59,843 nucleotides of DNA, filler included, from Sphacelaria rigidula (GCA_964200075.2; 7 parts of 7 records of this genome joined end to end with filler, not necessarily neighbours in it); one strand, 5' to 3'. Shown: positions 11,464 to 24,422, counted from the whole stretch's first letter. Notes: a model not told the origin generated them from the letters alone. Program-made: numbers and translations.

Positions 11464-12962
11464 TTGTCTCGACGAGATGAGCGGGCGAGCAACCTCTCTG
11501 GAGGAAGTTCCCGATCCGGGACAGCTTTTTACCCAGAAAGGGGCCTTCAGGAGACGGTTTCATGAAAGTACTGGAAAAGACGCTCGTTTTTCCGACAGAC
11601 TTTTTTTCGAAATATAAGGAGCGGCCTCATGTACAATCTGACAGAACACACATATTTGATTCAAGGGGCTGTCCATACACGATAAATTGCTCAACACTTC
11701 AGTTGCTGGTATCAAGTCACTGTGAGGGGTGATCTAAATCCGACTTGTTGAGCTCACGTCAGCCGCCTCACGGGTCTAGCTGCTGTAGCACAGGAGACGG
11801 AAGTTTGGTGGCTGATATTGTTTTTCTCTCGTGACCAACTTTGTCCGCGGCAGGTGTTTTGAAATAGATGATGACGGTCTTCGGTGATGAACGGAGGTCT
11901 CCACTGCTGGCGGTGTTTTACAGCGAGTTTCACGACATAGCGGGGCCTCAACTGGTGTATCAGTATCCAGATAAGTAAGTGTCTGTCCTCCGCTGTACCT
12001 GCGAATGCGCGAAGTGATACACCCCGGGGCCTATTTGGGAATCGGCGCCATTGTTTGTTCATGAGTGAATCAGGGTTAGGGCCTCATTGCGGTTAGGTTG
12101 CTTACATTCAGCCTTGCAAGACCCCCGCGACCCGGTGGCCAAACTCGTATGTTTGACCGGGTTTCGGGCGAGAAGTTTGAGGGTTCGAGTCCCGATGGGT
12201 TCGGGTTTTTCCCTGGGTATATGATCGCCGTCGTTAGAAACACGAGGGCGTGAGTAGCGAAGAAATTTTGACGGGCGTCTACGCGGTGTGGGAATTGCTG
12301 ATTTAATTCGAAGCATTAGAATGTCAGACATGAACCGGGGCCGGGATGGGTTGATCCCTTGGGGCTGCAGGCTCGTCCCAAGGAAGGTGAAGAGTTGAAG
12401 GCGTGACAGGGGAAGAACAAACAAAGCTGGTTGTGTTGCCGTTTCGCCGCGGTGGTTGCACTGGTGTATCGCGCCTCTCATGGTGACTGCTCTCAAGGTG
12501 ATAGCCTCTTGCTCGTGACGTAGGTCCGATTGTCGGATGTCTTCGCATCGCCATCCGCCCTCGAACCCCTCCGCCTCCTCCTCACCCCCCAGGTTCCATT
12601 TGCGCACGCTATTCGCGCTAGTAACCCAATCTTGTGAGGTTTTGACTTCCATATCGTAGGCGGATCATATTTACTCCCCCTCCTTGCTATCGCGACTGAT
12701 AGTGTCGGCGGGTTTGCGGGTACGGGTAGAAACTAGAAGCTGTTTTTTTTTCATGACCTTCAGTGTCCGAAAATGTGATCACGAAAGTTGGCATGAATTC
12801 ATAGTGTTTGGATGATGGTTGACGGGCGGCGGAGGTGCTGACCCGATACTCGATAAAAGCAGAGCGAGGAAAATACCGGAGTAGACAACGGTTGGTCTCT
12901 TGAGACTACCTGCCCGTCACCAGAAGACAGGGGGGGAAAGGGGGGGGCAGAGTCGAAAGTAC

Positions 12963-13110
12963 CAAGATTGTGTTCTGGAGGGTATACCCTGAAGTTGAAG
13001 ATTTTTGGCTGGCATACTAAGCGTACCGGAATGTTTGATACACATTCCGGTATGATCCCGCAGGGTACCGAGCTCTGTGCCGGATGATCCTGTACAGTTT
13101 GGAAGGTTAT
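12963..13110. mobile_element. Diverged partial copy of the CAAGGTTGTGTTCTG-terminated MITE
   Basis: Colinear similarity to 15808-15965 (CAAGATTGTGTTCTGGAGGGTATA...GGGTACCGAGC). Confidence 0.6.
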
Positions 13111-13900
13111 TTGCCGATGAAGCACCTCGTTTATCCTTCAGTCAGTACGCAATTTTCAGCCGGTGTAACCTATAGAGAGCCAGCTTGGAAAGTACGACAA
13201 AAAATTAAGATGGTACTGAATGATGCGTCGCTTCGTTGTTCAGTGCCGTCACGTGTCTGTGGTGGCACGTGCCTCCGACGTAGTTGAAATCGTGCAATCT
13301 GTCCTGCAAAATGTTGTAGATCGGTTCCGAATAAGCGGCGCGTCGGAGCTCGAGTTTCAAAACCGCCGACGCTGAGATGACCGCTTTTTTGGTGGCCTCT
13401 TGCCTGCGGCGATTGTGTTTCCTTGGCCGTACCTCGCCCCGCCTCCTCTCGGGATGAGTGCGTCGTCCTAAGGGATGAGCCCATGTTCCCGTTTTACTCA
13501 TGTCGCGCTCCGTCATTGAGCTTCCATGCTTGTGTGTACCGGCATTCGTGTTTGCCCATGGATGGTACAGGGTCTTGGTTTTAGGCGGGGATAAAAATTA
13601 CTGTGTTTCCGGACCTCATGCTTTCGCGACGGGTATCGTTTGCGGTGGTTGCTCTACGTGTTGAGCAATACTGTCATTGATGCATGTATAACCAGTCCAC
13701 TGTCAAGGACCGATTGCCATCACTCATTCACGCGATGGCATCATCGTAGTGTGCAATCCCCCTTCTCTTTTGGTTGGTGTAGTACACCGTACATGAAGTG
13801 CTGTTGGCCAGCGTAACATGTGCTAAAGCTATATTTCGCGTGTTTGCTCATTTCTTGGCTAAGATGCTACTATCCAAACTTACCCACATTTACACTTGCC

Positions 13901-13901
<1 letters not shown>

Positions 13902-13968
<67 letters not shown>

Positions 13969-14009
13969 CCCTCTCTCTCTCTCTCTCCCCCTCTCTCTCT
14001 CCCGCTCTC
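13902..14009. repeat. (CT)n microsatellite
   Basis: About 100 bp of near-perfect CT dinucleotide repeats. Confidence 0.95.
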
Positions 14010-14187
14010 AGATGGCGAAAATAGAAGAAAGAATAACTGCGGTCAAGTGCAGAACTTGAGCGTTCACGGATACGTGCTTGATCACCGACTGATATACCGA
14101 CCTTTTGTTTCTTGATTGTTTGTGCCCCGCCCCCCTCTCCCCCCCGCACACCGACCTCCCACCGCCCTATCCTCGGCCCCTGCGCAG

Positions 14188-14925
14188 TTTTATGTCTCAG
14201 GAAGAGTTCAATGGTGTGTCCAGCATCATCATCGCTGACGGTCCGTTGAGTGAAAAGTGTGTTGGCTTGGCGGCTTACGGCAAGTGGTACATCCTGGGAT
14301 ATCCTGTCGAGATTCTCAACGAGAAGGTCTAGTGTGGTGCCGTAAAGTGCGAAGGAGGAGGAATTTCTTCCCCCCAAATAACTAGCCGCTCTGCATAACT
14401 AGCCGTCAAATTCGTGGGTAGTGATTTGGTTCATATCGGTGTCAGCTATAGACAGTTCGTTGCCCGAAATTCTCATCCGAGTACTGTTAACGGGAAACTA
14501 GTTACCTAACCTCTGTGTGTGCTAGATTTGTTTCCGGTATACTTTTAGCTGCGTAGCATTATGCCACCCGGAGCTTCTCAGAGGCTACTAGTCGCACAAA
14601 GTGTTTCACCCATAGTTTTAGCGAGATCAATGGTCTTATGACCATGGCATGCATGATCATGGGTACACCCCCCTCCCCCCGTAGTTTTTCGAGTTTCACC
14701 TGTTGCACAACATTTGGACCTCACAGTTGCCTTATAGGTAACTTTAGTTGTGTATTGGCAACCACTAAACTTGTAGTTGTGATGTGTTTCCAGGGCGTAA
14801 AACATGCCGACGTCGAGTTGCTCATGAAGGTCGCCCCTGTCGGCGTCAGCAACATATTCGTCCTGGAGAGAATCAAGGCTGAACAAAGTATCCTCGGTGA
14901 AGGAGGAGTGTTGTCCCCCGTATAG
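14188..14925 (+). CDS. Two possible orphan exons (14188 or 14201 to 14326; 14794-14925) of an unknown or decayed gene
   Basis: CAG acceptors after pyrimidine tracts; peptides FMSQEEFNGVSSIIIADGPLSEKCVGLAAYGKWYILGYPVEILNEK and GVKHADVELLMKVAPVGVSNIFVLERIKAEQ join in phase 0; donor GTCTAG is weak; no recognisable domain. Confidence 0.35.
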
Positions 14926-15160
14926 CACGACACTACAGTATACAGAAGTACACTGCATGGGGTGTATAACACGCCCTCCGTGATATTGCCATTATTTTTG
15001 CAAGCTCGCGATGGGTTAATGCGCTATTTGTGATACTGAAAAGTCGTGTCGTTTGCAGAGAATCTTGTCGAGACATGTTTACATGTGCACACGAGATTTT
15101 CGGACAGTCGTCCATTTTACCGGTCGAGGTGGTCAAGGTTGAAGCTGTTACATACAATTA

Positions 15161-15325
15161 TTGTGTGTGTTGTCATCTCATCTATTCTGGACGCCAGTCT
15201 AGACCTTTCGGTATATGTGGGCGCATCAGCCGGGGTCACACAGGAGCAAAGGAAGGCCAACACAGGAGTTTTTTTCTTTTCTTTTGTTTTAGTACTCCAC
15301 CTTCCTTCTGCGGTGCTTGCCTTAT
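15161..15325 (-). mobile_element. 5'-truncated copy of the putative tRNA-derived SINE
   Basis: Shares CGGTATATGTGGGCGCATCAGCCGGGGTCACACAGGAG...CCACCTTCCTT with 6942-7302 but lacks the tRNA-like head. Confidence 0.75.
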
Positions 15326-15807
15326 CACTACCGGAGCATTTTTGCAGTCTGTACCTATACTGGACTGGACTGGACTGGACTGGACTGGACTCTGTACTCA
15401 CTGGTGTACTATGCTTGTGTGACATAGCTCTGCCTCGACAATTCGAAGTTCGAAAGGAAGAGGACTAGCTCAGGATGAATATAAAGTCTCGGCTTTGACC
15501 ATGCCGCACATGTCGCATCTCCGCCCCCACCCCCACCCTGGGGGGTTAGCAGCCCGCCGCATATTTACGCTTTTGGCCAAAAAGCATTTTTCTAGCAGGG
15601 TATGACCATTGTGGAGAACTGAAGATGTAAGCGCTGCCGTGCCTCGGCTGTCGCACTGGTGCAGCAGCACTCATGTGGGCGGATGCTATAGGATAGAGGC
15701 CCGGCAGTAGCATTTTTTTTTCTGGGTTCTGTCGTCCAAAAACGCGTTGACGAGGCCAGGGGAACCGATCCGATGAACGGTGATGGGTTGCGCTCCAGTG
15801 CTGATCC

Positions 15808-16042
15808 CAAGGTTGTGTTCTGTATAGGGTATATACCCGGGGGTTGGGGACTTGGTGTTGGCATACCAGACCAATATCGGAATGTTCAGTACGAATGCAT
15901 TCCGACATGGTCTGGGAGGGTACCGAGCCCTGTTAAGAACCCTGCGGTGTAGTTCGAAAGGATATCTAGTGATAAAATATACCTGTTTTGCCCATGTGAA
16001 TATCCTGCTGTAAGCCGGCATACCCTACAGAACACAACCTCC
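15808..16042. mobile_element. MITE with CAAGGTTGTGTTCTGTA termini
   Basis: Inverted ends AGGTTGTGTTCTGTA(TA)GGGTAT / ATACCCTACAGAACACAACCT; same termini at 41462-42017. Confidence 0.75.
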
Positions 16043-16943
16043 AAAATGTCGGGCGTGTATCGAGGACGGGACGGACTGGACCCTTCTAACAACGCTCTTT
16101 TCTCTACGAGGGGGGGGGGGGAGGCGTACTCATCTGTTGCTTTACTTAGCCGTTTGGCCGTTGACTACGCATACCTTTCGAGACGGAGCAATAGGAGGGG
16201 GGGGGGGGGCGAAAGTACTACAGAAGGAACAAGAATGGGGAAAGTCACGTCCCTCTCCTATCAGCTGCCCCGTCACACACACTTACACTTACACGCACAC
16301 ACACACTCACATGAACTCAGCTGCGGCTGTCTGTGGAAGTGCGATACCAGAGGATGAAGCAACTCATTGGAGGCTGCCATCCAAATGCAAGAAAAATCAG
16401 TACGCTTCGGGTCAAACAATCTCAGCAAGATGCAGATCACCCATCATGCGATTCGCCAAATACACCACAGCGCTTCGCGCTTGGTGATTGATTGCGAACC
16501 TGGTCCGGCGAAAACTCGGCGTGCTCCTTAACACTTTGTAGGAATGCGAGATGAATGATCACATGGCTTTCATTGTTGTATTTAGTTTTCATTTGTTGCG
16601 CTTTGAACCTCTCCCCTTCCTCAGGAGGAGTCGGTGGTGACAAGTGATCAACCCATCTCTCCCAGGGAATAGTGCATGCATTTTGTTCTCGTGGATTGGA
16701 TCATGACTATCAGCACTCCCGCACCACCGCATCAACTCACCTCAACAAACTCAGTCGACTACTTCGTTTATTCACGGTCTCACGCTTTTCACGGTGGAAA
16801 TTACATACTATTTTACGAAGAAAAAACCCAACACATCGGAAATCGAACCCTTGTCCTCTCCACGCCAGTGACAGCAATCGGACCATTACATCACCGAGAC
16901 GTGGCGGACAGTTCAAATCATTACGGCATGCACTATCATGAAT

Positions 16944-16987
<44 letters not shown>

Positions 16988-17028
16988 CCCCCCCCCCCAC
17001 CGCTCCTCGCGGCTGCTCCGCCCTCTCC

Positions 17029-17128
17029 NNNNNNNNNNNNNNNNNNNNNNNNNNNNNNNNNNNNNNNNNNNNTTAATTAATTAANNNNNNNNNNNNNNNN
17101 NNNNNNNNNNNNNNNNNNNNNNNNNNNN
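17029..17128. other. Artificial contig linker
   Basis: N44-TTAATTAATTAA-N44. Confidence 0.98.
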
Positions 17129-18411
17129 AAAATAAATCAAAAATTTAAAAAAAAAATGAAAAAAATAAAAAAAAAAAAACAAAAGAGAAACGTAAAAAAC
17201 TATGACAACTTTCGGAGAATTGCCCTCCGGGAGGGGGGGGGGCCTCCGTGTCCGATAATTTTATCTCGACAGACTTTTAAATGGACACTTTCTACGATAG
17301 CCGCCCCCCCCAAAGTGCATGGTTTTGGGAGGCAAAATCTTCACCTAAATCGAAATGAGAAAAGCCGAGCACAACGAGCAGCTGCGAATTCCCCCGCTTG
17401 GGCTCATTCTAGCCAATGTTGCCATATGAGGCGCTTCATCCAGCCTGAACCCAAACATCAGGCGCTGTATGACCATTTTTTCGTGACACTTTTGGGCTGG
17501 TTTTGGATGGGGGCTATCATAGCAAGTCTCAATGGCAACAAAAAACTGTATCTTATGAATTTTGGCCACTTTAACTCTTCGACCACAAAGGTGGCCATCT
17601 GCTGAATGGGCATCATCTCGTCTCCAAAAATGATGACATTCAGATCCACCACACTGACAGTCAAAGGGTCAAGGTTACCGTGGTCAAGGAGAGTTTTCAA
17701 GCGGGGCAAAAAAAGCGCTGACACGCAACCCTGATTTCCATTGTCTCACCTGGAACACGCACTGTTGCTTTCTTAACATGTGCGGCAAAAAAAAATCAGG
17801 GAAACCAAAGATACAGTGTGTTTACAGGTAGAACAACTGCCAACTTACGATTAGTCCACCAGCATTGACCTGTACCCTGAAACGACCCAAAGCGGCAATG
17901 TATACATGTACGTTTCTTCCCCTGGGTCACTCCGGTTTTGGCCACAATTTGCCGGTTGTGACTAGCTTTGTACCTTGTTTTGGCACTGCTATACCTTGTT
18001 CATAGACAGTCTCTCGGATGAGGTGCTCTGGACAGAGGGGAAAGTGTATTATCTTTTGTATTAATCTCTCTTATACTCTTGACTCACCAATCACACGTGG
18101 ACCACAAAATACAAGCTCCCCGAGCTGCCGTAAAACCCCCAGAATGCAGAAACGTGTAGACCCAATATGAAGTGAATCAATGCGGGCGCACAGGGTGCAT
18201 CACCTCATATGCGGTACATCTGGTCATAATGCAGTATCGACCCTATTATTTGACCATTATCTCCCCTCCCCTCAAATCCATTGCACAGTCATCCTGCACT
18301 GAAATGTACCCGAATCAACGCTAGTTCACATGCACAAGGACTCAATCCTGCCATATTCTAATACCCCCCCTGCTGGAGCTTGGTCCTTGTCATCATACCA
18401 ATACGCAGAAA

Positions 18412-18786
18412 TCATAAAAAGCAAACAATGCTCATAACATAATTGCGATGGAACTCAAAAGATTCTGATGATAGGACTTTTGTCAAGAAATCAGCATGTT
18501 GGTATCCAGATGTCACGTGGATGATTGTGATATCCTCCTTTTCCACTAGCTCCCTGATGAAATGATATCTTACATCAATGTGCTTAGAGTTGGAGTTCGT
18601 AATGGGGTTTTGCGCCAGCGGAATGACACCCTGATTGTCCTCAAACGTTGGGATGTACGATTCTCCAACTTCAGGCAACATTAATTGCCACACTTGTCTC
18701 AAAAAGAGCAGCCCCTTCACTACGTCAGTCACTGTCACGTACTCTGCTTCTGATGTGACAGTGTCACACATTTCTGGGTCCCACAC
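18412..18786 (-). pseudogene. Copia RNase H C-terminal part
   Basis: SEAEYV, FEDNQG, NSKHIDVRYHFIRELV and QHADFLTK motifs. Confidence 0.92.
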
Positions 18787-19113
18787 ATTACCAATGAATC
18801 AGTGTGACTGTTCCACACACTATCAATCCCCTCGATACCAATCTTCTGTCGGTTGCCTTACTCGCGGAGGCTGCATTGGCATATGCCTCGAAGCTGAGCC
18901 CCTGTAAACTATCCCTCCGTAAAGTTATACCGAACGTACTAGTTCACCTAAACATACCCGAGAATGCCAAGAGTAGTAGGCCAATGAATCAGTCTCGGGG
19001 ATGCGCAATACCTCGCTACCGCCCTCACTACGTTGGAAATGTATGGCCAAGTTTGATCTGCTAGTCACATCAATGACCCCACCAATTCCCTAAATGGAAA
19101 TGTTGTAATCGAC

Positions 19114-19900
19114 TCATCCTCGTTGAAATCTTGGAGCGTCACTAGCACTCATCGGTGTTCTATTCCCCCATGATATACCATTCCCCCATGATTTTCCGTA
19201 CTCCTGTGTCAACCCCTCCGCAAAAGTCTGTTGTGAGATAGTAAGTGTCCTCCTCTCCAAATATCTCTCGTAATACAATCCGGAATACCATCGTAACTCT
19301 CCAAGATTCTTCACTGGCACCATTGTGTTCAGATACTTACCAATCTCATCACATCTTTCCTCATCCCTCACGGCGAAGATGTCGTCTATATGTACCACCA
19401 TCGTAATCACAACTCTGTTGTTTTCCATCAACCAGAAAACACATGGATCTGCCAAACACTGGTCCAAACCTAGAATTCTCATGCATCCTGCGAAGTGGTT
19501 GTGCCATTGCCCGGGCGCTTGCCGGAGTCCATAGAGCGATCTATCAAGTCTTGCTATCTTACCAGATAAACTACCAAAACCAGGCGGCAGCCGCACAAAA
19601 ATATCTTCGTCCAGTACTGATTGTACAAAAGCGTTTTCGATATCAAAATGACGTAATAAAAGGTTCTGCTCACAGGCAAGAGCTGTTAACAAGCGGAAAC
19701 TTGGAACCGCTACGGTGGGTGCATATAAGTGGCCAAAGTCTATGTCTGCCCTTTGCATATCTCCCCTTGCAACAATTCTCGATTTCGCTTCCGTAGGCCA
19801 TCAAAACTCGTCAGCTTTCCAGCTGTAAACCCACTTAGCGTGAATGATTTTGTTAACCAATTGCTATTCGACCTCATCTTCTGTCCCCGCTTCCTTGAGA
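19114..19900 (-). pseudogene. Copia reverse transcriptase (RVT_2 type), disrupted
   Basis: KWVYSWK...SRIVARG, YAPTV, HFDIENAFVQS, LYGLRQAP, DPCVF, HIDDIF (degenerate YVDD). Confidence 0.93.
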
Positions 19901-21232
19901 CCGTGGAATTCTCGAGTCATATAATCTGCCCATACTCCCCCTTGATCCGAGTGTATCGCTCCTTCACTGGGCGGTGAGGAAGGTTAGGCAGGTCGTGTGG
20001 CGGACGTTGTTCCTCCATGGCTGTATTGATATCCTCCCGCGTCGCCAACACCATCGCATCGCGAACGTGCATCCGTTTGCACCCCCCTGCCCCGTCATCC
20101 TGCCGCTTCCTCCCGGCGCCTAAAGCGGAGCGCGTGAGGTGGGCGGACAACTGGCATGGTTTGTCTAGTTGCGCAAAGACATCCTTCTCGTGATGAACTA
20201 GGGGACGTTATTTACCCCCTGGTTTTCGGCTATATGTTGAGCCGACCTTGATCTTATTTTACTCGGCTGCCGAGGATCTGTTCTAAGGTCCAGTTCCTTG
20301 ATAACCTTTTCGGGCAGCGGTGATAAAGAATTGTCCTGTTGATGATGAAGCTCCTGGTGTCGAAAAACTATTGAATATCGGGGGGTGAAGTCGGGTGCGG
20401 GAATGGTGATGTCGGTGGTGTGATGTATGAGCGTTGCTGACCTCGAGCGGCGACAGGCAAGGATGATGTCGACGGTGCGGCGGAAGGGAGATGTGAGCGA
20501 TGCGGCGCAGCGGTGAATGGGAACGGTGTCGGATCCGTGGTAGTAGGGTGCAACGGAAATTATGGTGGTGGTGCGGCATTATGGTAATGTGGTTTTCGAG
20601 TGAAAATGAATGGTGTCGGCGGCGCATTATAGCGATGTGGTTTTCGCGTGAACGGGAATGGTGGCGCCGGCGCGATATTCGGGTGTAACGGAAATGATGG
20701 TGGCGGGGTGGCATTACGGCGATGCGGCGGCGGGGCAATATGGTGTGATGGTGGTGCGTTGGTAGTAGGGTCTAACGGCGGCGGCGCGGCGGTGTACTAT
20801 GGCGGAGGCTGTGCCGAGGTGGTAACATGTGGCGGAGGCTGCGGCGCGGCGGTATGATGTGATAGAGGTTGCGACGAGGTGGTATGATTTGACGGCGGCG
20901 GAGGCTGCGGCGAGGCGGAATGATGTGACGGCGGCGGGTGAACAGTAGGGTGTGACGGCGACGGCGCGGCGGCATGATGTGTTGGGGGCTGCGGCGAGGC
21001 GGAATGATGTGACGGCGGCGGGTGAACAGTAGGGTGTGACGGTGAAGGCGCGGCGGCATGATGTGACAGCGGTGGAGGCTGCTGGTTGTCGGCGGCGGCA
21101 GCGGAAGCTTTGAATTCCCCCCCCTCCTCCGTCGAGCGGGGTTGGTAGGTGTAACGGTAGACGAAGCACCTTCCAGTTCGCGTTGTTGGTGTAGCAGACG
21201 GATCCGGTAGTGGCTTCAAGCACTTTCACCAT

Positions 21233-23830
21233 TATGGACACGCCTGACCCCCCAAAATGGGCAAAAAAAGTGTCAGCGACCAAAATCACGAATAGACACG
21301 AACAGGCCGACTTTCGCGGCCTTATCCGGGCTAGTGGGGTAAAATATGCCTTACGTCATCGGAAGAGAATGACACAAATCCAAAATTCACATTGAGAAAA
21401 AACGGACTGCATTCTGAAATCAGAAAACCAACGTGGCGGTCACTGGCATTCCAGCTTATCGCAAGCGCAGACAAAAAATGACGCAGTGGCATGCGACAGA
21501 CCAGGAACGGAAATCATGGTTGAAGGGAAAAAATAATGGGCCGGGGAAACAAAAGCAAACGCAAGGCAGCAGACATCTGGACGCTGTTAGCCCCTTCTTG
21601 CGTCATAGCCTATCTTTCGTCGTCCCAGCAGTCGCAGTTGCGTACGTCGCACGCGAAATACTCTACTTAGGTGTTGGCGAATGACGCCTATCGCTTTGTT
21701 CACACCAAGAACATGTCAGACGACGCCGCTAACTTTGCGCAGTCGCTCCCAAGGGGTCTGCAAAACCAGGAAGCTGTACCACCAGCAGCATCAAGCGCCC
21801 CTGCACCTGCCCCAGACGAACCCTCAGATACCCATATATCTGTAGTACGTGTGGGTTGTCTTCTGCGCACACTGTACATTTACATCCCAAGCGCGTTGCA
21901 GAGCTATTTTTTCATGGGGCCGCGCGACAGGGGGTCCTGGCATGAGTGGGACGACTAGCATATTCTTGCCTTGCTTGGACAAGCTTAGACTGTAGCGAGT
22001 CGGACTCCTCAGACGGGACATCATCCCAAAGCGATGTCGAGTGATGAGGGTCCGAGGCGTGCTTTTTCGGCTGGGGGTACGGCGATGCAATCGTTTGTGG
22101 TGTGTTCATGCTGTTTGCGTAGAATTTGGACGTGAAGGTAATCGAACATTTTTTTCGGGGGTGCGGATCGAAATTGGGCCAAGATTATGTGCTCAACATG
22201 CGACAGAGCCATATGTTCTGATTACCTTCAACGAGGACGTCCCTCGCACAGACGAATGGAGTACAAACAGTCGCCGGGGATGTGATGTGGGCTGGGCGGA
22301 TGTTGGTCGACCACCTCGTAATGTTTTAGGGGCTTGATTTATCGGATGCCATCGTTCCGCAATTTTGGCGGATGAATGACTTGCCTTGTGCAAGTGTATC
22401 TGTTATTCCGTGGACATGGCTTTTCATTTCATGAACATAATACTTAGTCGGACTCCAAATATGTTTGTTTTTCGAGAGGGAATGAAAACGAACCGTCGTC
22501 ACCTGCGTGATCCACGAGTGCCGATTACAACTGGCGCGTGTCTTCGGACGGGTGGGTCCACTGAAAGGCATGAATGGGGCTTCGGTGCCATGTGGCTTCA
22601 GCAAACGTGGACCGACGACTTGATGCTGTATTTTGTGCCGTATTGATGACGCAGTATAGTTGACCACTTGGGGGGGCAAGTTAGTCCAACTTGATTCTAG
22701 TGTGGACGACGAAATCCGGGTCTTTAACGGGGGCTGTGCTCCTAGCGTGCTCCTAGCTTGCGCAGAACACGTTTTTGTCTGAATCGGCGCCTGGGGCGCC
22801 GATTTGAGGCCTGACAACGCACACTTCGCCTAGAGAACATTTCACATCCCTCTTGCCCGAGGAATCTCGGTATACCTTCGTTGGTGTTAGGGTTAGGGTT
22901 AGGGTTAGGGTTAAGGTTTGTTCGCTTCGCTGCTGCGAGGTCGCGAAAATTCTTGCTTTCGTGCGACTCATTATTGACGACTGTTGGAGTGTGTGGCCAT
23001 TGCGTTCAAGATACTGCTCGCTCTTTGCAGATTTTCCGTTTCGCCAGCTTGCTCTGTGGCTTTCTTTTCTCCTTCAGCTTGCCTATACTTGCCGCCAGGT
23101 GAGATTAAATACTATTAAGCTACGCTATCGAGGGTGGCGTGGTGATTGCACTGGGTGAGGAGAACGAGCGCTACTCTCGTCACCGACACGAGCGATGCAC
23201 ACACGGGGGTATATGTTTCGCAGGCACAGCTTATGGAGGGTCAGTCGAAGGCTCAAATTCTACACCTGTCGAACATTCCGTACATCCGATGTACCAACGA
23301 TATGCACTATCAAAAGTCATTTATGGGTGTAATCTATTCTGAGGCCGCTGGGCAGGGATGAGGTTTTCGCGTGTCGTGGAAACTGGCGAGGGTTGAAGGC
23401 GTTTGTTTGCGCTGATGGCCCAAACCGTTTCCCAAGGTACCCATCGCCAAGGCCATCGATTGGGATACGATTTTTTGCACCATCTGCGTCAATACCACAG
23501 CTACAACTTTGATGTATGAAATTTTATTCTCCCCAGGATCCGAGTTTTATAACGAGATAAGTGGAGAACACTTGAATATTTTGCAATTTTCTCGATCACA
23601 ATAACTTCTTTCGCAAATCGATGACTAGAGGTTGTAGCTTAGACATGTACACGCCGTAGCCTGGGACGAAAAAATGGGAAACCGCGAAGTGAGAACCTCA
23701 CACAAATCGCAAGTACTTCAGGTCGTTTCACGGCGTGCATCATCAGGGGATGAACAAGATCTGCGGTCTCTTCGTGTTTTTGGTCGGTGACACTTGTTTT
23801 GCCCATTTTGGGGAGTCAGGCGCGCCCATA
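21233..23830. mobile_element. 2.6-kb TIR (DNA-transposon-like) insertion inside the copia integrase C-terminus
   Basis: About 65-bp imperfect TIRs TATGG(A/G)C(A/G)CGCCTGAC.CCCCAAAATGGGCAAAA.AAGTGTCA.CGACCAAAA; removing it rejoins the copia frame ...NNNSSST|VKVLEATTGSVCYTNNANW. Confidence 0.88.
22690..22916 (+). repeat. Hairpin element ending in interstitial telomeric repeats (TTAGGG)4
   Basis: Perfect stem AATCGGCGCC-tgg-GGCGCCGATT (22782-22804), CCGAG-gaat-CTCGG (22857-22870), four TTAGGG units at 22887-22910. Confidence 0.8.
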
Positions 23831-23915
23831 ACTGTAGAAGAGGAATTGTTGTTGCCGTTGTTAAGGTAGTTGCAGGCAACAGCCTGTGCGTCCATTTTCG
23901 ATCGGCGGTGTACCC

Positions 23916-24422
23916 TCACCATCCCTGGTCGGAGAAATGGGACAATCGGGAGAGGAGGGGTTTGCGGGTGAAGATCTCGTATGCCAGTAATTTTCCCGGG
24001 TTGGCCATCGTGGCGGAGCTGTGGAAACCATCAGCAGGCCATACCGCTGATTCCAGCCAGAGACGATCCAGATTTCTATCCAAGCGAGGGATGGCAGCGT
24101 AGTTTTCAGCGGGGAAGCGGCACGATGCTTCACAGCGTGCAGCGTGGCCGGCCTTCATCGCGCACCACATAGCGCCCTTGGCCATAGCATTTGGCTTCGA
24201 CGTGTCCGGGGCGGTATACTCAGGGCGAATTCGTACATCGTCACTGAAATCGATAAAACCCTGCGAGAGAAATTCATCGCCATTGTCGATGCGAAAGCAG
24301 CGGGGGATACCGATGCTGCTGACCGCGACCATGTAGCCCTTCACCTTCGTCAGAGATTGTGCTTTCGTCGCCAATCCGAACGGCATCATGAAGCGTGACT
24401 TATTATCCACGCAGACCAGCAT
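23916..24422 (-). pseudogene. Copia integrase core (rve)
   Basis: LVCVDNKSRF, PRCFRIDNGDEF, EYTAPDTSKPNAMA, LWLESAVW; third catalytic residue degenerate. Confidence 0.9.

Noticed and set aside
17760..18363. Exact extent of the copia 3' LTR
   Set aside because: Start is suggested by the PPT, but no second LTR is in the contig to define the end or the TSD
23720..23760. Hammerhead-like CTGATGA...GAAA on the minus strand (also plus strand at about 57240)
   Set aside because: No G-C closing pair or stem II, and no flanking stems I/III
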